Source: Mizuhopecten yessoensis (Eukaryota). Taken from it: a stretch of 42,271 nucleotides of DNA. The position numbers and the translations under genes were made by a program. The stretch spans positions 30,541-72,811 of the forward strand of contig NW_018480058.1 of the NCBI RefSeq assembly GCF_002113885.1, written 5' to 3'. Positions 36,842 to 42,271 of the stretch are shown here, one piece after another; the first letter of the stretch is position 1, and every line of letters starts with the position of its first letter. The notes beneath the pieces were generated by a model, which was given only the letters and a program-made list of their open reading frames with translations, was not told the DNA's origin and ran no database searches.

Positions 36842-37753
36842 CAACAAAAGGCCCAATGGGCCTGCATCGCTCACCTGGTATAAATCTCACACTTGTAACC
36901 TTCAAAGTCATTCACTTTAACAAACATATATAGTAGTCCTTGATCCCAGCATGCTACTGACTAAATATCATCACCCTGGGTATTTTAATTATTCAGAAGA
37001 GGTTGTTTAACCCTTTCACCCCTATGTAACTTTAGTAGACTCTACCATGCATTGATATGGATGAGTCCATTATGGTCTACAGTGTTAAAAGGGCTAAAGT
37101 TTTTAACATATTTGACCCCTGTGACCTTGCATATGGGTGAAGGTCATTCATTTGAAAAACTTTGTAGCCCTTCATCTCAGCATGCTACTGGCCAAATATC
37201 ATCACCCTGGGCATTTTGGTTATTGAGAAGAAGTTGTTTAAAGGTTTTTTTTAAACAATTGACCCCTGTAACCTTGAATATAATTGAAGGTCATTCATTT
37301 GAACAAACTTGGTAGCCCTTCACCCAAGCATGCTACTGGCCAAATATCATCACCCTGTGCATTTTGGTTAGTGAGAAAAAGTGGTTTAAAGTTTTCAAAC
37401 AAATTTGACCCCTGTGACCTTGAATATGGGTGAAGGTCATTCATTTGAACAAACTTTATAGAACTTCATCTCATCATGCTACTGGCCAAATATCTTCTCC
37501 CTGGGCAGTTTGGTTGTCGAGAAGTTGTTTAAAGTTTTTAACATATTTGACCCCTGTGACCTTGAATATGGGTGAAGGTCATTAATTTTTACAAGCTTTG
37601 TAGCCCTTCATCTCAGTTTGCTTCTGGCCAAATATCGACACCCTAGGCCTTTCGGTTATTAAGAAGAAGTCGTTTAAAGTAAAATATTGACGCTGGATGG
37701 ACGCCGCGCCACAGCATAACCTCACTTGGCACTTCGTGCCAGGTGAGCTAATA
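36842..37753. mobile_element. Non-autonomous Helentron/HINE-type element with ~147-bp internal tandem repeats
   Basis: 5' aacaaaaggcccaatgggcc..GCTCACCTG, 3' palindrome ggcacttcgtgcc + CAGGTGAGC. Unit catgctactggccaaatatc recurs at ~36949, 37181, 37329, 37475. Confidence 0.8.
37011..37093. mobile_element. 83-bp piggyBac-like MITE nested in the HINE array
   Basis: TTAA|CCCTTT...AAAGGG|CTAA, interrupting gaagttgtttaaag of a repeat unit. Confidence 0.65.
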
Positions 37754-38579
37754 AGTTATTGTTTCACACTTAGGGTTATCACAGATGCTGTTTATTTTTA
37801 GATTATGTAATATCAGATGTGATTTTATACCTTCGTTCTCTCTTCCATCTTTTAATGAGCTTCTTCACATGCTGAATTCTGTTCACACCTTTTTCATTTG
37901 CCTGCAAAATAAAATGAATAGTTTAGATCTTGTTTCTTCCTAACTAATGCATAATGTGAACTTGCAACCAAATGTTCTTCTGTTAGATTTCCTGCATATC
38001 ATGATCATCCCCCACTTTTAATTCAAGAGTTAATCGCTATATTCAAAACATATTTAACAGTTTTAATTAATATCTGACAAGATATAACTCTGAAAATGAT
38101 TGTAGTCCTTCAGACATCTTTGCGTTCTTTGACCTTCTTCATTAATGCGAAATATTTCCATACTCATGACTTTCGCTGCCCTGGGTACAGATGCAAGTAT
38201 CGCTTGGTCTGCCTGCTGTTTTAAACATGATTATTACGGGAATATTTTTGTACCTAGCTATTTGACCATTAAAACCTAAATGTTGTCTTGATTGGAAACT
38301 GTCATTTTCACCAAATTACAACTAAAGTATGCATTGAATTGTTTATTCTTATGCAATGAACAGTTTTGATAATCGGAGAACACCAATACGTGTATACCAA
38401 AATTAAAACAAGTGTCAACCTAAATACCCATTTTTTTCAGTGAGTCAAGATCATGATAACCTTAGGCTGAAACATACCAAATTTTTGCTTTGGTCTTGCT
38501 ACAAATATTTTTCCTGTTAGAATTATCAATCACTAAAAAATTAAGACAGTGAGGCAAAATTGGACTGGGGCTATTGTCA

Positions 38580-38652
38580 GCGACCAGGTAGCCCAATTGG
38601 TAGAGTGTCTCTCTGGAGTTTGGAGGTCCCAGGTTTGAATCCTAGCCTGGAC
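38580..38652 (+). mobile_element. Degenerate tRNA-derived SINE head
   Basis: TAGCCCAATTGGTAGAG (A box), GGTTTGAATCC (B box); no proper cloverleaf. Confidence 0.5.
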
Positions 38653-40076
38653 ATGTATTTTTAGAGTACAAGGTGATCAAGAAAGCTAGGTAATTGGGGA
38701 TACCCAAACATGAGTTGTCAATAGTGTTATCGCTGGGGCGAAAATTCAGAAAAGGAGACAGTTCGGAGCGTCCCGGTTTCAATCCCAGTCTAGCTGTGCA
38801 TAATATTTTTGCTCTTTGGTTATATATATGTAAAACAGGCCAATGAAAATATCATTTGGAATTTAAGCTTTATCATATTTAAGAAATCTAATTTAATGTA
38901 CATTATAAATATCCTCAATGCATGTCAGTCGATGGGAGTATAAATTCCAAGTTCTAAGACTGCAGGTGTCTTGTTTTAGTCAGTACATACAACACTACTT
39001 TATATACGCATCCATTTCTCATATCTGAAATGGAAAGGATCAATTCTATTTGCAGTGCTCTTATGCTGTGCGCATGTGCTTGCGCGGCTGAAAGGTTTTT
39101 CCAGACCATCTCGGAAAGTCGAGGGAGTCCGCACAGCCCGTTTAAAAATATATTTAAATCAGTTCAAAAACATTTCATTATCTCATGCAAAGTACTATTT
39201 TATATCAATTGGTGTCAATATTTTTGCGCTGAAGTTGTTAGATATCAGAAGTTCAAGGAAGAATCCTGCTGCACATGAACAGGTTGGGCACAACAGCGCA
39301 TATGGGTAATAATGCTGCTTTCGGGTAACAGTTACCAGTTACCAATTTCAGTAACAATTTTATAACTGAAATGGGGAATTAAGTGAAATAAAAACACGCA
39401 AAGTTCTTTTAAACACTTGGAGCAAAAAGGGTGTCATTCTGTAAACTAAATCAAATAAATAACACAATGAAGTACATTTTACTACAATCTTATCTCCCCC
39501 TACTGCCCTAGTTTAGAACTTTAAGGATCAGACATCCAAATGATCAGCATTTTTTGAGTTAAAACTTTTTTCTTAATAATTCAATATTCTAGAGCCGGTG
39601 GCCAGTCTAATGTGACAGGTGAGCATGCTTTTTTATGTGTGCTATTTATAGCTTCTGTACAACACACTATAAGCAATGGAGGTGATACAATTTGTCATTT
39701 TCATACATTTACATTTGACAATTGTTACAGTACCTCATTGTATTTTTTATTTGATTAACGCCCTTTTTTGTTCATAATGTGTTTAAGAACTTTGTGTATT
39801 TATTTCACTTTATTACCCATTTCAGTAATAAAACCAACCTGCTGAAGAGGCGATTCGTCGAAACAGGTAACTTGAAAAACAGAATGATAAAAACACTGTT
39901 TTCAGTTCAATCAAAACACTATATACTAGCTTCCTGATGATACATACTTGTTGTAGTTGTTCACATTTCGTCCTTAGTGAAAATTATTTCTTCAGAAAAG
40001 CATTTTCGTTTGCTAACACTGCTAGCTGCGCTTCCCGAGGCCAACTCGATTTGCACTCTTCTACTTCTAGAATATA

Positions 40077-40171
40077 ACTTCCGGTCACTCGATTTGTAGC
40101 TTTTTTGCTTCTGGAGGGTCTTCTACCTCTGCCGTCTCGGAGCGGGAAGATTTCTATTCCAAGATGGCGGC
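40077..40171. promoter_or_regulatory. Compact candidate bidirectional promoter: ETS site CCGGAAGT (minus, 40077-40084) and YY1 site CAAGATGGCGGC (40160-40171)
   Basis: Consensus motifs in a locally CpG-rich patch between two divergent first exons. Confidence 0.55.
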
Positions 40172-42271
40172 GACCATGTTTATATGTGCGACATGTGGGG
40201 TATTGAGTTTTACTAGAGAAGTTTTCATGGCAAATGCGTGTACAGGTTTGTGTTACAGTGTTAATCAGGTTACAGTTATCCTTCGAACGCATTTTAGAAG
40301 TTCTAAGGTTAAGAGTCGTTTCGTTTTTGTAACAATGCGTGGTGAAATCGGGTTCTCCAAAAAACACGCATAGAAAGATTTTTATATAAAATTAGAGTCT
40401 AGTAATTTATTGACGTTAATATATGTTAAGATGTATCGGATGTTTTACTAGTCCCATAATATAAGACGGTATTAAGGTTCATATCGTGGATTTTTAAATT
40501 TTTAATTATTATTGGATACTAGTATGTTCATTTTTTATTTACTGTGCTGTATGTAATAAAAAACGATCACAATATGAACCTTTTTAAGTATTATGAATCA
40601 CAGGACTAATGTTTTTATTTACTCTCTTTTGGAATATATTTTTATTGTTATTAAATTTTATTGTTAAGTACATTTTCTTTCAGATACCCCAGCAAGTGCA
40701 AGTATTACAGTAGAAAGTGCAAGTACAAGTACAAGTGATACAGCTGGCAGCAGCACTAATAATAAATTAACATGGACAGACAGTAAGAGCAGGACATTAT
40801 TACACCTGTACAGGGACAGTCTTGATGGGTTCAACAGTTCCTCTGTTAAAAACAATGGACTATGGGAGGAAATTAAAAAACATTATAAACAAATCCACCA
40901 ACTCCTCCTTCACAACAACACAAGTTGAGGGCAGGTACAAAACTATTTTGGCCGCCTACAGGAAACATAAAGACAACATGAAGAAGACGGGGGCTGCCAG
41001 AAAAGACTTTCAATTTAGAACAGAAATGGATGAAATAATGGGTGACTCTCATTCAACTACCCCAAAGTTTGTTTTTGGAAGTGCAGAATTGGCTGGTCCC
41101 AGTACTAGTGCAGAATTGGCTGGTCCCAGTACTAGAGCAGAATTGGCTGGTCCCAGTACTAGAGCAGAATTGGCTGGTCCCAGTACTAGTGCAGAATTGG
41201 CTGGTCCCAGTACTAGTGCAGAATTGGCTGGTCCCAGTACTAGTGCAGAATTGGCTGGTCCCAGTACTAGTGCAGAATTGGCTGGTCCCAGTACTAGTGC
41301 AGAATTGGCTGGTCCCAGTACTAGTGCAGAATTGGCTGGTCCCAGTACTAGTGCAGAATTGGCTGGTCCCAGTACTAGTGCAGAATTGGCTGGTCCCAGT
41401 ACTAGTGCAGAATTGGCTGGTCCCAGTACTAGTGCAGAATTGGCTGGTCCCAGTACTAGTGCAGAATTGACTGGTCCCAGTACTTGTGCAGAATTGGCTG
41501 GTCCCAGTACTAGTGCAGAATTGGCTGGTACCAGTACTAGTGCAGTATTGGCTGGTCCCAGTACTAGTGCATAATTGGCTGGTCCCAGTACTAGTGCAGA
41601 ATTGGCTGGTCCCAGTACTAATGCAGAATTGACTGGTCCCAGTACTAGTGCAGAATTGACTGGTCCCAGTACTAGCGCAGAATTGGCTGGTACCAGTACT
41701 AGTGCAGTATTGGCTGGTCCCAGTACTAGTGCAGAATTGACTGGTTCCAGTACTAGTGCAGAATTGGCTGGTCCCAGGACTAGTGCAGTATTGACTGGGC
41801 CCAGTACTAGTGCAGAATTGGCTGGGCCCCGTACTAGTGCAGAATTGGCTGGTCCCAGGACTAGTGCAGAATTGGCTGGTCCCAGTACTAATGCAGAATT
41901 GGCTGGTCCCAGTACTAGTGCAGTATTTACTGGTCCCAGTACTAGTGCAGAATTGGCTGGTCCCAGTACTAGTGCAGTATTGACTGGTCCCAGTACTAGT
42001 GCAGAATTGGCTGGTCCCAGAAACATCTCATCGGACAGCGATGGCCATGACTAAGGTGATGACATATTACAAGGAAGTGATGAAGGTAAAAGGAAAAAGA
42101 AGGGTTGTAAAAAACAGTCTAAAAAGAAATGAACATCTGGTGCAACTCAAATGATTGAATTCCTTGGAAGGTTCACCGATAGATTAGAAAAAAAGAGATG
42201 AAGATGCTAAGAAAAAGACTGATGATGCACAGAAAAGGGCAGATGAAAGACACAATGAACAAATTAAAATG
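40164..42271 (+). pseudogene. Myb/SANT-like (trihelix) DNA-binding protein of PIF/Harbinger type, disrupted; exon 1 40164-40245, exon 2 from 40684, runs off window
   Basis: WTDSKSRTLLHLYRD...NNGLWEEIK/NIIN...FTTTQVEGRYKTILAAYRKHKDNMKKTGAARKDFQFRTEMDEIMG, with C-terminal coiled coil ..QKRADERHNEQIKM. Lesions: +1 frameshift in A6 at 40875-40880, stops at 41572, 42052, 42130, another A-run shift at ~42190. Confidence 0.82.
41080..42020 (+). repeat. 27-bp coding minisatellite AGTGCAGAATTGGCTGGTCCCAGTACT (SAELAGPST), ~35 copies
   Basis: Direct reading. Confidence 0.97.

Larger units (their letters stand above)
32880..40072 (-). pseudogene. TFPT: TFPT (INO80F)/Nhp10-like coiled-coil + HMG-box gene, disrupted; exons ~40072-39948, 37901-37831, 36087-36018, 35706-35197, ~34110-34040, 33050-32880
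   Basis: LKK*FSLRTKCEQLQQ|ANEKGVNRIQHVKKLIKRWKRER|RYLASKLDEYGDSY parallels the TFPT N-domain. DPSDPKKTANAFLLFC..ISNHELTKRLAHLWNSL..|VFYDLYEQEKERYDRE is an HMG box. Lesions: no ATG, TAA 39984-39986, 194-bp insertion, damaged acceptor and phase error at exon 5, TAG 32919-32921. Confidence 0.82.

Noticed and set aside
38090-38230. WKYFALMKKVKE as a candidate first exon of the TFPT-like gene
   Set aside because: Bounded by stops with no suitable donor. The exon ending CEQLQQ|gtatgt at 39948 fits far better.
38580-38652. Possible tRNA gene (also 21300-21372)
   Set aside because: A and B boxes only, and the stems do not pair. Both are SINE heads.
39836-39870. Hammerhead-like CTGAAGA-GGCG ATT CGTC-GAAAC motif
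   Set aside because: Core and stem II are present, but I cannot form stem I together with a valid stem III/NUH site. At best a relic; an Infernal search with hammerhead models would settle it.
41049-42026. 325-aa antisense ORF (ALVLGPANS)n and 142-aa (QNWLVPVLV)n ORF
   Set aside because: By-products of the 27-bp repeat. Only the SAELAGPST frame connects to a recognisable domain.

Overview
AT-rich, intron-containing animal genomic DNA. The repeat families suggest a bivalve mollusc; this is inference. The first 18.5 kb is a large inverted duplication with arms 467-6661 and 10735-18496, extended inward by 9237-9552 / 10420-10729. It holds two tail-to-tail copies of a 3-exon secreted AA15-type lytic polysaccharide monooxygenase (LPMO) with a Ser/Thr/Pro linker and a tandem Cys-rich C-terminal module. 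The minus-strand copy (18369-11976, 337 aa) is intact but has Thr-Ser-His instead of the usual Ala-x-His at the copper site. The plus-strand copy (597-5501) is a pseudogene. The inner breakpoint of the duplication coincides with the end of a foldback element (9549-9816). Downstream are an intact perlucin-like EPN C-type lectin gene (23468-30514) with a CRE-rich 39-bp array in intron 2, and a decayed TFPT/Nhp10-like HMG-box gene (minus strand). That gene sits head-to-head, under 100 bp away, with a decayed Harbinger-type Myb/SANT gene carrying about 35 in-frame 27-bp repeats. Remnants of Crypton, Penelope-like, CR1/L2 LINE, V-SINE, Helentron-type and MITE elements fill the rest. All alignments and translations were done by eye, family assignments rest on recalled motifs, and no database was searched.
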